64,000 nucleotides of DNA from Octopus sinensis (lineage: Eukaryota), in NCBI RefSeq assembly GCF_006345805.1, contig NC_043002.1, positions 44,702,001 through 44,766,000 on the forward strand. The letters are read 5' to 3'. Position numbers and translations under genes: made by a program. The first letter of the stretch is position 1, and each line of letters begins with the position of its first letter. The notes beneath the pieces are model-generated. The model was not told the DNA's origin, searched no databases, and worked only from the letters and a program-made list of their open reading frames with translations. Below are positions 1 to 11,914 of this stretch, one piece after another.

Positions 1-52
1 ACGTCCTTGCGTTGTTGTGTTTTCTCTTTGTGTTTTCATGTTTGGATTAACT
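1..52 (+). mobile_element. 3' end of short Penelope-associated repeat (family D), cut by window edge
   Basis: ACGTCCTTGCGTTGTTGTGTTTTCTCTTTGTGTTTTCATGTTTGGATTAAC matches the end of the copy at 7134-7339 and the reverse complement of 28068 and 37751. Confidence 0.75.
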
Positions 53-513
53 TTATATATATATATATATATCAAGTAAGTTAGGGGTTGTGGATCCAAC
101 TAAGGGATAACACTTATCCAATATACTGTTGGTATAATACCCAAATAATTAATACGCAAGTGTTTTTAATTGCAATGCAATAAACTTATTGTATTAAATG
201 AGTGAAGGTAAAGAAATATTTTACCATTAATTTATATTACAAATAAGAAAATGGAGAAACACACTAGCTGGTTTATCAGCTTTAGGATATTAGAATGTTG
301 ACTTATTTATTTATCAAAACGACAACCATAATAACATACATATATTTCTGACCAAGCTCCATCAGAACATATAAAAGCTAATCAGCATATCCACATTTAT
401 ATAGACGAGTGAATTCGTATTTCCCTCCAACTTTACCATGTGCGTCACAAGGTAGTACTGCTGAAAAAGATTCGCAGTTTTGTTATCGGGGAGTGATTTA
501 TAATTCCTGAAAT

Positions 514-571
514 ATTATGTTGATAACGGAAATGAATTTTTATAATTCTGATCCTGAAACGCGTCCATAAT
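514..571 (+). ncRNA. Type I hammerhead ribozyme, U3-A8 variant
   Basis: Stem I ATTATG(514-519)/CATAAT(566-571); core UUGAUAA 520-526; stem II GGA/TCC plus inner GAATT/AATTC, with a C.U mismatch at its base; GAAA 556-559; palindromic loop CGCG; U564-C565 (GUC site). Confidence 0.65.
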
Positions 572-1082
572 GAATCGAAGACTGTTTGATTTCATTATTT
601 TTCTTCTTTTTGCCTGTGTGAGTTACAAATATTGTTATCTGTGGAGACATTTTTGTAGAAAAAAGAAATATCAGTCTTTTGGCTGCTATTTCTAAAACTT
701 TCGGTATGTGGTCAAGCAACTTGTGGTCAAACCCTTAATTATTGTTATAATTATATATAAAAAAAACTCTTTGTATAACTTTTTACCGAATATGGTTCTT
801 TTCCATACCGAAAACTACTAGGTGAAATTTGTTAATTTTATTAGATTAATAATTTTTTACCCCATATCTGTAATGATTATTTCACTCCCCGATAACAAAA
901 CTGCGAATCGTTTTCTGCAGTACTATCTTGTGACGCACATGGTAAAGTTGGAGGGAAATACGAATTCACTCGTCTATATAAATGTGGATATGCTGATTAG
1001 CTTTTATATGTTCTGATGGCGCTTGGTCAGAAATATAAGGGATAAGTTTTCCTAGCATTTCCAGATTTATAATTCTCGAAAT

Positions 1083-1140
1083 ATTATGTTGATAACAGAA
1101 AGGAATTTTTATAATTCTGATCCTGAAACGCGTCCATAAT
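1083..1140 (+). ncRNA. Type I hammerhead ribozyme, U3-A8 variant (second pLTR copy)
   Basis: Same layout as 514-571: ATTATG-UUGAUAA...GAAA-CGCG-UC-CATAAT; one substitution at the base of stem II. Confidence 0.55.
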
Positions 1141-1322
1141 GAATCGAAGACTGTTTGATTTCATTATTTTTCTTCTTTTTGCCTGTGTGAGTTACAAATA
1201 TTGTTATCTGTGGGGACATATTTTTGTAGAAAAAAGAAATATCAGTCTTTTGGCTGCTATTTCTAGAACTTTAGGTATGTGGTCAAACAACTTGTTGCTA
1301 AACCCTTAATTATTGTTATAAT

Positions 1323-1354
<32 letters not shown>

Positions 1355-1431
1355 CTAGATACATATCACTTATACACCCATGTCCATGAGTACACATAAT
1401 ATTTAATTATTACCAATATTATTATTATTAT

Positions 1432-1447
1432 TAGTAGTAGTAGTAGC

Positions 1448-1483
<36 letters not shown>
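1432..1483. repeat. (TAG)n microsatellite
   Basis: Direct reading. Confidence 0.95.
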
Positions 1484-1484
<1 letters not shown>

Positions 1485-2091
1485 ATAATAATAGATTCTG
1501 TGTAATCTTCATTTCACAATACATAGTATAGGAGATTCAAATATATAGTATACTATAATATAATGTAAACAGATTTTTATGAAAGATGTAATCTTATTAA
1601 TTTTAAAATCACAGTCAATATATTCATATATCATAACATCATAACAGTTAGACTAGGGTTATTACATTATAATTCTTCATGCACATAAGTACATGCGTAT
1701 GTGCAACAAGTAGATGCATATTCATATATATACCTACGTACAAATATACATCAATATCTATGAGATTTTTTTCTTTTTCATCATAACGAAAGTATACATA
1801 CATGTTAGAACACCAAATTTATAATATAATTTCACTCCCTACAACCTAAATACAATTGACATGTAAGGGCACAATAAATTACTTTTTCCAAAGGCTGATT
1901 TTAATGATTTTAATAATTTATATTAAGTTTTTTTTTAATAACTACTTGTATTCTTATCTTAAATGTATTGAATTTTATAATGTATGTATTTATGTTATTA
2001 TTGTTGTCGTTTTGATAAATAAACAAGTCAACATTCTAATATCCTAAAGCTGATAAACCAACTAGTGTGTTTCTCCATTTTCTTATTTGTA

Positions 2092-2124
<33 letters not shown>

Positions 2125-2125
<1 letters not shown>

Positions 2126-2952
2126 ATATTAGCAGTTCGATGTCGCTTGGTCGAGTGTGTATTTAATTATTAGTACTACACCGAAGACGGAATTAAGTGA
2201 GATGTAAAATAAAAGTTTTACATCTCTTTAATCCAAAAACGCGTACGTGGTTGATTCGTTTTTCTTTTCTTTACCAACATGAATTAAGGGTATTGCTGTC
2301 TTGTAGAGAAATAGTATTTAACTGATATTTCTAAATTTCGGTATGTGGTGAAGCTATTTGCTGAACCCTAATTATAATTATGCTTATAATTATAGAATTT
2401 TTGTATAAGGTTACCGATAAAGGTTCTTTTAACATACCGAACTACTTGGTAAAATTATTAATTATTAATTAATTAATTAATTAATTTTACCCATTATTAT
2501 TATTGAAGATATAATTCACTTCCTGATAGTAAACTGCAGTTTAGTGGGATTATTCGTAATACACATGGGTGATTGGGGTAGAATGCGAGTTCTCACTCGT
2601 CTGTATAATTTCGGAAGCGCTGGTTTTTGGATATTAGCCATTCGCTGTCGCTTGGTCGAATACGTATTTAATTATTAGTACTCTTAAATTTACAATTAAA
2701 ATATTACACTGAAGACGGAAATGAGTAAGTAATTTTTTTTTTAAATTACATCTCTTTAATCCAGAAACGCGTATGTGGTTGATCAAAGCCGGGTGAATTC
2801 TCTTTATCTACGTGAATTAAGAGTATTGCTGCCTGAGAGATATCTTATGGTAGAGGAATAGTATTTAACTGCTATTTCTAAATTTCGGTATGTGGTGAAG
2901 CAATTTGCTGAACCCTAATTATAATCATGTTTATAATTATAGAATTTTTGTA
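2125..2952 (+). mobile_element. Tandem Penelope-like pLTR pair (period ~505 bp)
   Basis: 2125-~2410 repeated at 2631-2952 (ATATTAGC..TTCG.TGTCGCTTGGTCGA...GCTGAACCCTAATTATAAT); shares its terminal motif with 72-1322. Confidence 0.7.
2703..2779 (+). ncRNA. Type I hammerhead ribozyme (CUGAAGA core)
   Basis: Stem I ATTACA/TGTGGT (6 bp, 2 GU); CUGAAGA 2709-2715; long stem II (GGA/TCC, GTAATTT/AAATTAC) with a C.A mismatch at its base; GAAA 2764-2767; CGCG loop; UA 2772-2773. Sister copy 2175-2251 has U4C and G12A. Confidence 0.6.
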
Positions 2953-3018
2953 TAGAATTTTTCTATATATATATATACAGAGAGAGAGAGAGAGAGAGGA
3001 TGAGAGAGGAGAGAGATG

Positions 3019-3056
<38 letters not shown>

Positions 3057-3068
3057 TAGATGATATAG

Positions 3069-3114
<46 letters not shown>

Positions 3115-3750
3115 TGGGCATTTGTCATTCAAAATAAAAGTGTTGTTATTTCAGCTCATAAGACATAATATATCAACCAAATACTAAATCGTTTTCAAGA
3201 ACATTTATACATTAGCTTATATTATAACTTTCTTTTGGACAGCATATCTTTCCTTTTTATTGAGGAAATAGTTTGTATATGTGATAGCCGAAATATCGAA
3301 GAATACTTGTATAGAAGTTGGCAAGAGACCAAATACCTGGAAGCGGTTTTCCCAGATTCCTTGCAAGATTTGTACTTATCAGTGCATCTTAACAAAGCAA
3401 TCACCAATCATACAGCTATCGTACTTATTGCAACAGTAATATGTACCTAATTCATTAAAACAGTTATTTGTTTGTGTTGTTCCAACATAATTAAGAGACG
3501 AAAACATGAAAATATTGTGATTATCAATAACTTACACAGCAAGAGAACAAATTCTGCAGCTAAATTCGTGATTCCATTCTTACTACACATCGGACCTTGA
3601 CATGAACATAAACGCGCGCCCCACATGCAGGCACATACACACATATACATAAACAAACACGCATACACACATACACAATCCAACCTACATTCACACTCCC
3701 ACCCACATAAAGACATAAACATATGAATATATGTATGTATAAATATGTGG

Positions 3751-3786
<36 letters not shown>

Positions 3787-3790
<4 letters not shown>

Positions 3791-4640
3791 TTCTATTCTT
3801 TTATATGTTTCACCCTTCAGGCTGAGGCCATGCTGGGGCACTGACATTGTAATCACCTTTTAATTGATAATTTCTATGAGTTTGGCTACTAATGAAGGAG
3901 GGAGTTCGATATCGCTTCCATCTTCTGAGTTTCCTGCCTTGATATTGGTTCATCTGAGATCTTGGATAGTAAGAAGTCAAGTTGTTTCTTGAAAACATCT
4001 ACCCCCACTCCATGGAGGTCCTTGAGATGTTTTGGCAAGGAGTTAAATAGCTCTGGGCCCTTGAGTACCAAGCTATTGCAGTACATGGTCCTCGCCCTAG
4101 ATGTGACAGCTAGGACTTTTGGAACAGTGCAGTGACGTCCATTTCCAGGTCTGGTATAACTGTCAATTCCAACGTTTGGTACCAGCCCCTCTAGTATCTT
4201 CCATATATATATCACTGCGTACCTCTCCCGGTACCTCTCCCGGTACCTCTCCCGTCTTCGCTCCAAGGAGTAGAGTCGTAGCTCTTTCAGTCTCTCCCAG
4301 TAGCTCCGCTGTTCCATTGATGCAGTCTCCCTCGTGTAGTATCACTGAACCACCTCAAGTTCAGCTATTAATCCTACAGTGTAGGGTGACCACAGTTGAG
4401 AGCAGTAGTCCAGCCCGCTGAGGACAAATAACCTCCATAAGACCAGCATAGTTTCCTGGTCATTTGTTCGGACAGTTCTCAGAATCGATCCGGCCATTTG
4501 CCTGCACAGTGTCACCATCTTGGTGACATGCATGTGAAACGAGAAATCGTTGCTCATATCAATTCCAAGATCACGCACCGTATGTGATTCTAGAACGCCC
4601 GCTCCTTTTGGTCCAAAGTATCGGTGTTGCAACTTCTGAG
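3787..4640 (-). mobile_element. CR1/L2-group non-LTR retrotransposon, 5'-truncated RT C-terminus plus 3' tail
   Basis: ORFs 4342-4632 (RDLGIDMSNDFSFHMHV...LDYCSQLWSPY...ELEVVQ) and 3889-4317 (YWERLKELRLYSLERRRERY...FNSLPKHL) match CR1-type ORF2 ends; 12-bp unit triplicated at 4219-4254. Confidence 0.85.
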
Positions 4641-4685
4641 CACCAATTAAGTGATAGTGGAGGGCAAGTATATATGATATGCATA

Positions 4686-4755
<70 letters not shown>

Positions 4756-4811
4756 TATATATGAAAAAACAAGTAAAAAAAGAAAATGCTAAAATAATTT
4801 TATAGTGAACA

Positions 4812-4855
4812 TTTCAGTACCGGTTTCGGTCATTTTGAGACCTTTTCAACTGTAA
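4812..4855 (-). ncRNA. Minimal type I hammerhead ribozyme, U3-A8 variant, in a pLTR-like fragment (~4765-4990)
   Basis: Minus strand TTACAG-UUGAAAA-GGUC(UCAAAAU)GACC-GAAA-CCGG-UA-CUGAAA: perfect 4-bp stem II, palindromic CCGG loop, stem I CAG/CUG extended past one mismatch. Confidence 0.65.
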
Positions 4856-4982
4856 CGATTAAATAATTAAATTTAGAAAAATTAGAAGAAAAGTTTTCTT
4901 AAAAGAATATTTCTATAGTAGTGTTCAGATTTAAGTGGCATTCTGCCTTTCTCTGACTCCCTTGTTTGCACTTGTGTGTTCG

Positions 4983-5017
<35 letters not shown>

Positions 5018-5117
5018 CCACTCTACATATATATGTGTGTATATGTATGTACATATTTGTGTATATACATACTAATGCACAAATGTATACATATTCATAT
5101 ATACATACATACATACA

Positions 5118-5196
<79 letters not shown>

Positions 5197-6240
5197 ATAT
5201 GCATATATGTTTACGAGCGTTTGTGTGTGTGAGAGAGATCGTATATCGTAAATATGTGAAGATTCCTTTCTACAAAAAGTGAAAACGAAAAACTCTATTA
5301 GCGTGTGCTTAAGTTCTAATAAAAGTAAACTCTATTACATACATGTATTGCGAAATTTCCTACTTTCATTTATACATCTAAATACGTATATTTGGCTAAC
5401 AACTGCGGTTAATTTTCTCACCATGATTTCATATGTGTATTACTTTCGACCCCTGCGGTCTTCATTAGAATTCGCAGTAGGTAAGGAAAGGACGTAAATA
5501 TGCATATACGTACATTGCGTGTTTTAGTGCTTTGCACACGTTTTACTTTTTTTCTAGTTAAGTGTGGAGAACAGAGAATTGCTCGTAGCATTTGCTAGTC
5601 GTCTGAGAGCGTCGAGTTTGTTACTTTAATGTCCTGTTTAAATTGTTGCATTTAAACACCTGCAAGAAAGACATTACAGTTCGAAGATTCTAGAGGGCAG
5701 ATGTTCTAGAAAGAATGGGTAGCAAGTTGTAGAAAACAAATGGATAACTTGAGTAGAAGTGGAACGACATCAGCTAACTTCGATAAAACAGAGACATTGT
5801 ACAAACTTTAAAAAAAAAGACAGAGAAAGGAGCGGATACGCTTGTGACCAATAGGCTGGTGCCTCTCCGTGGTTCAACACGAATTGGTCGAGGGACCATT
5901 GTGGGGATGTTGTCCGGATGGTCTGTGTATATAATAGTAGCACCAACCCAGGTATGGAGTAGTATTCTATTGTACGCATTTAGAGTATCAGTAGCTGTTG
6001 AGTGATGAAATCCTTTCTGTCTCTGAAGAGGACCATACGGCTTTAGCAATAAAGATGCTTTCGCTAGCATAAATTCTCCATAATTAGGAGATCCAGTATT
6101 TGGAGCGATTAGGAGGACTCCAGCCAAGTGTCGTTCGAGTTTGGTGGCGTTATTTTTCGTAAGAGTAGGTTTTTAAAAGTTAAAAGAAATAATTTTTCCA
6201 CGGCCTCATAGGAGGTTTTTCTCAATGTATCTGTTTTCAG

Positions 6241-6297
6241 AATCAGTGTAGGCCTGGGGTGTGGTGGCCTAGCAGTGCATGAAGATGCGTGACTGAG
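6241..6297 (+). other. Candidate non-coding exon
   Basis: Acceptor TATCTGTTTTCAG before 6241 and consensus donor GAG|GTAAGT at 6298; stop codons in all three frames. Confidence 0.25.
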
Positions 6298-7133
6298 GTA
6301 AGTAAGTTAAGAAATGAAGGAATATGTTATCTGCACAAGAGTAGGAGTCGTAGAATACACAAAGGCGCATATGCACATACACATACACACGTCCAAACAC
6401 GAACACAAACGCACACACACACATTCAATAACAGTTTGACACAACTCCGCTTGACTTAATGTTTCTTGGGCGCGTAGGACACATCCATATCGTTAGATGT
6501 TAGTAGGGAGTATGGAAGGTAAGAGTGAAATTCAAGATGGCTTCTAGGTGGTTATGCTTCTGTTAAAAGTTTAGGACACGTGATGATAATGTTATCAGAG
6601 TGACATCTGCGTTTTTTTTTATCTTTAGGCCCACGTGTTTGTATAAAAAGTTGGTGGAATGCTGCCACCACTTATGCGGTGATCGATTTCTGGTATTAGA
6701 TGCCTATACCGGTGCGGGTTATGTTGGCTCAAGTCAGTAGTTCAGTGATCGTTCAGTGGTGTATGCAATTTCTAGAGAGTCAATCCTATTTCACGATGAT
6801 TCATACTGATAAAAAAAAGGAAGTTGACTCACTGTTCGACGTATCTATGATGGAGTTGATGTAGACTACGTGGGTTATTTATCGTGGATACCTAAAGAGG
6901 TGTACACTAACGTGTAATGAGGTGGATTTGTCCTACTCGTCCACGAAACTTTAAGTCATGTGGAACTGAATCAAATAGTTATTAAATACATGTAACTCGA
7001 ACCAAGTATGCTGAGTGCTATTTTCTTACATTTGTTCACTCACCCGTATACATATATGCATATATGTATGCATGTATGTATATACGGGGTGTGTGTGAGA
7101 GAGAGTGTGTGTGTGTTATGTGTACAGATATAT

Positions 7134-7339
7134 ATGTGACCGCATGTGTACTGTTGGCGATTTTTTTTCCTCCGTCTTCCCTTCTCTGGATCTTTCCTTT
7201 TCCTATGTTTCTGACGAAGAGCTCTGCTCGAAACGTTAAATCCTCCTTCTTTCTTTCCTTTCTGAGCGTCCAATAATACTATATTTGTTCCACGTCCTCG
7301 CGCTGTGTTTTCTCTTTGAGTTTTCATGTTTGGATTAAC
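7134..7339 (+). mobile_element. Short Penelope-associated repeat, family D, with HHR-like motif 7207-7241
   Basis: GTTT-CTGACGA-A-GAGC(TCT)GCTC-GAAA-CG-TT-AAAT; homologous copies at 1-52, 28068-28277 and 37751-37960; flanked by (TA)n. Confidence 0.7.
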
Positions 7340-7341
7340 TT

Positions 7342-7376
<35 letters not shown>

Positions 7377-8936
7377 AACATATATGTATGTATGAATGTA
7401 TGTGTATATTTGACGAATAGCAGGAGTCATTATCAATGACATTCTAAATATTCATTTTCTGATGCTGTTTCCTGATGCTTCTTATGTAAGACCAGAACAA
7501 CCGTAGTGATATAATTATATATATTTATTTATCTATAACATAATTCCATATGACGTAAGAATCATAATCTCAAGAATTTCACATTTTTTTAAAAAATATG
7601 ATTTACACGTTCAAAACTGTCTCTGCCTGTAATAAATTAAGAAAGAAAAAAGGGAAAACAAGAAAAAAGGAAGAAGAAAACTTAAAGACAGGGAGTAAAA
7701 TAAAAGGAACGAGTAATACATATGTGAGTATTTGTGTGTATATGTGTGAGTGGTTGTATATATGTAGGTATGTATGTATGCATAATGGGATTGCAATTAA
7801 TGTTCCAGGATTTTATATATAAAGGAAAAAATATCCGTGATGTATACAAAAGACTACACATCTATGCATTATATTAGAATTTCATTAAGTGAAATGCAGA
7901 ACTTGATTAAAGAAGCAGTGTACTCTGATTTCTTTTACGTTATTTACTGAAAGAAGACAGGTATATGAGTAACTTAAAGCAAACAATATTTTGATTAAAG
8001 AAAACATTGTTGATCTCCTTTTCTTTTCGTTTATATTTTCTTCTGTTAATTTTCTGAAAAGTGGAACTGAAGAAATTTTGAACAGCGCATTGAGTACAAT
8101 GGTTCATTGGAAACGTGACATAATGATTGTTTTAAAATATTTTATTCCAAATATAATAACAAGTATTTTTTTCTACTGTTCATGATTGTTTCAAATATTG
8201 GAGATGATGATTTATTTTCAAATATTTCTATCATAACTTTATTATTTCTTTTTGTTGTTCACTTTCTCTTTTTTTTTCATATTGAAGAAAACTTTACAGA
8301 GATTTCTTATATGGATTTTCAGACTATGCTAACATTTGCCAAGCAAAATCTAGTCGGTGTAATCGACCGAACTGTATTACTCAACTTACGCGAGTCGAAT
8401 CACACTCAAATCAGATCCTTTCGTCTTAAAAATGATACATTGGATAACATGGCCTAAGATTCTCTCCAAACAAAAGACTGGATGCTCACTGCATCCTAAG
8501 TCTGTTTTACTGACAATTTCATGGAATTGAACAACATTAATTGCACGTATTTACGTACACAACGATCTCACCAGCCTTAAATGCGCAACTCCAACTGGAT
8601 ACAGAACCAAGCCTACACCACGCACTTGATTTATATGCAAATATATTCCGTTTTGATTTAGACGTTAGTACCTTCAGCAAGCAAGTTCGAAGAATAAAAC
8701 TTTCTCCACGGGAACTGGCTACTTCTCTCGGATGAAATATTTGGATTGATTATGTATGTCGCTCTTATGAGGCGCATCTAAGGATTGTGTTTATAATGTG
8801 ACATCATGTGTCACCAAAGTCTGAAACACATGTAAAAGATAAAATAAAGGAGTGCCAAGTTCAATCCTTCCCATATATATATATAATATATATATATATA
8901 ATATATATATATTATATATATATATATCTATATATA

Positions 8937-8976
<40 letters not shown>

Positions 8977-8990
8977 TATATATATAATAT

Positions 8991-9064
<74 letters not shown>

Positions 9065-9252
9065 AGGCGCAGACGTTGCTGGGTGGTAAGAGTTTTACTT
9101 CCCAACTATATGGTTCTAGGTTCAATCACATTGTGTAACAACTTGAGTGGATTAAATAGATGGAAACCGTCTCTGTATGTGTTTGTCCCCTGCCACCCCT
9201 TGACAACAAGTGTTGGTGTGCTTAAGTCCCGTAGCTTACAGTTTTGGCAAAA
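9065..9252 (+). mobile_element. tRNA-derived SINE family B, internally deleted
   Basis: Head AGGCGCAG...TGGTAAG...GGTTCAATC and body GTTTGTCCCC...CTTGACAAC...TTGGCAAAAG shared with 39620-39930 and 44795-45187. Confidence 0.65.
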
Positions 9253-9387
9253 GTACCATGTTTAAAAACATTAAGGTGATACCACATCATGACTGAAACG
9301 AGATAAAAGATAAAGATATACATAAATTGTCTCTCTATCGCAGTCCTCCGCACCATTTTTTCACTTGCAGTAGGGGAAAAAATTATA

Positions 9388-9460
9388 TTCAGGTTACACT
9401 GCGGCACACCTAGCACCGTCCCATGGAACGCCAGCGTGCCGCGTCATACCGGTTGCGAAG
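9388..9460 (+). mobile_element. hAT-type MITE end fragment
   Basis: CGGCACACCTAGCACCGTC...GTGCCGCG..ACCGGTTGCGAAGCA resembles subterminal/TIR sequence of hAT MITEs (recalled similarity). Confidence 0.35.
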
Positions 9461-10504
9461 CATACTTCCATGGTTATTGCTATTTCAACAGAGATAATCA
9501 TCTCATCATAATTCAAGGCAAAATTTGAAATTTGAATTTGAAATACAGAAACTAAAGGAAAGAAGTTGTAAGGAATTTATATATTGTTATTATTTTTTTC
9601 TTTTCTTTTTTTTTTGTTTACTTAATCGATGTTAACAAAATCTTTAGTCTTTTATTAATACTGTACAGTGCTATTTCATTCTTTTTACAAATTACCAGCG
9701 TGACATAACCTTGAATGACTAAACATTTTATGACGCAAGACATTTCATTACAGATGGAAGTAACTTCAGTGTCGAGAAAACTCATGGAATATTTTAAGAG
9801 GATTTGTTTTATTTTATCTTTCTAATCTTGATAGAACATCAACAGATTACAAATCGCTAGAACAGAAATGTGTTAGTGTTTACAGACAGAACGGAATAAA
9901 TATCTCCAAGGAAGTCTACCTTAAGAAACTATTTTCTAGTCAGCAATAATTTTAGATTTAGCTACGAACAAATTCACAAAGCATTGATATATTCTATGAA
10001 GAATAGACATTTGTCTCACGTTGTTATTTTTCATTGATATTCCCTTAAGTGTGTCAGTAGAACAGAAATCTATTCATAAATACACACACCTTGACCATCG
10101 TAAACAGTCAAAAATAGATTTTCGCGCATTCACAGCTAGGATTGTTCAGCACATGTGACCCTTCTAACATCCTAGTTGATAGAAAGACAAAAATCATTTT
10201 GGAAATTTGAAATTGAAATTAAGAAATTACAATGAAAATTACAATGAAAAAGGGATATAAAATTTACATATTCTTTTGGTTACTGAAGAGGAATTCGTAA
10301 AACCTCCTGTGATTGATAATCGAGTAGAGCACTGTTTCATTTTTGTTACAAGACATCAGCATCATATAATATGTAAAATATTAATTGAATATTTGATGTT
10401 AAAAGTAGAAATAGTTAATTCAACAATCGTTGAATGTGGGTGTCTTTTCTTTATATATGTAGTTATGCACTCACATATATATGTATGTAAATATACTTGT
10501 ACAT

Positions 10505-10575
<71 letters not shown>

Positions 10576-11049
10576 CAGGGACAGAGAAAAGAAGAAGAAG
10601 AAGAATAAGAAGAAGAAGAAGAAGAAATAGCAGCAGCAGCTTCGAATATATTTATCTTTTATTTGTTTCAGTCCTTAGACAGCAGCCATACTTGGGCACC
10701 GTCTCGAATTTTAGGCGAACGTATTGACTTCAGTATTAAAATTTTTTAAGCCTGGGACTTATATCTATCTCTTTTGATAAATATATTCGAGGCTTTGGTG
10801 AAGCTACTGGATGTTATTCAGGCACTCAACTAAGACTCACTGTCTCTTATAGCAGAAACAGGTGTAAGCTAATGAATTTCATAACATATCCATTGTTTTT
10901 CCTGTCATTTCTTTTTCTTGTTACTGTTCACTGCGCATTTAACACTTTGTTCTGAGACATACGCATATTGAGTTCTACACTAGGTTATTAGTCTCACAAT
11001 GCCTAAGTGAGATACGCACACAAACATATACATGTATATACATACACAC

Positions 11050-11088
<39 letters not shown>

Positions 11089-11603
11089 ATATATATGCGA
11101 GACCATAGAAAATGTATTTTACGGTTGGAACGACGCACGATTTATTGTTTTCGTGTTCTCTTTGATTTTCAAGAAAATAGCTCAAATATCACCCTTTGGC
11201 TTATCAACGCAGCATTACGCTTTTAGTAATTTAGGAACGGTTCAGGTAGTTCACCAACTAATAAGAGGGGACAGTAAACATTTTTCTTACTAAACTGCTT
11301 CCATGACTTATTAGTATCTTTTTCTCTCGTAACAATGCACTTCTTATAACACCAGAATGATGCCAAATTTAAAAACAACATTGTCCTGATATATTAAAAA
11401 AACTAGCACCCGGTTGAAAACATTCATTTTAAACATTTCCATTCACAAATTACAGAGGTTGAATTAAATAAATCACCGACATTACTTAAATTCCCTTTAT
11501 ATACCAACTCAAGTGTTCCATGTAATAACAGTGGATGTAAACCAAATGAAAGCTTTCCTCTATATGTAAAATAAACGGAATATGTTAAAACTTATACTAT
11601 AAT

Positions 11604-11914
11604 TTATGTATTTATGCGCCCTTTTCAAGCCTAGCCAGGCTCATGGGCCCGGTTTCCCGGTTTCTGTGGCGTATATGTTCCCCCCAGCTGGATGGGACGC
11701 CATCGCAGCGTTACTCAAGAAGCAAGAAGAAAGAGTGAGAGAAAGTCGGGGCGAAAGAGTACAACAGGGGTCACCACCACGCCCTGCCGGAGCCCCGTGA
11801 AACTTTAGGTGTTTTCGATCAATAAACACACACAACGCCCGGTCTGGGAATCGAAACCGCGATCCTCCGACTGCAAGTCCGCTGCCCTAACCACTGGGCC
11901 ATTGCGCCTCCACC
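11604..11914 (-). mobile_element. tRNA-derived SINE family A (OR-like), full length with TSD
   Basis: Minus-strand head TGGAGGCGCAATGGCCCAGTGG (A box)...GGTTTCGATTCC (B box); 11-bp TSD TATACTATAAT at 11593-11603 and 11915-11925; 3' half differs from the 39952-40321 copy. Confidence 0.85.

Larger units (their letters stand above)
72..1322. mobile_element. Penelope-like pseudo-LTR (pLTR) complex with direct and inverted copies
   Basis: Inverted repeat 341-496 vs 882-1037; direct repeat 496-751 vs 1065-1322; 237-336 recurs inverted at 1994-2092; carries the GCTATTTCTA..TTCGGTATGTGG..CCCTTAATTA motif also seen at 2.3, 2.9, 19.5 and 41.9 kb; HHR-like motif in each direct copy. Confidence 0.7.

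Noticed and set aside
5774-6127. 117-aa ORF with IYTDH motif
   Set aside because: Only an isolated RNase H-like tetrapeptide; no other LTR-retrotransposon motifs or LTRs
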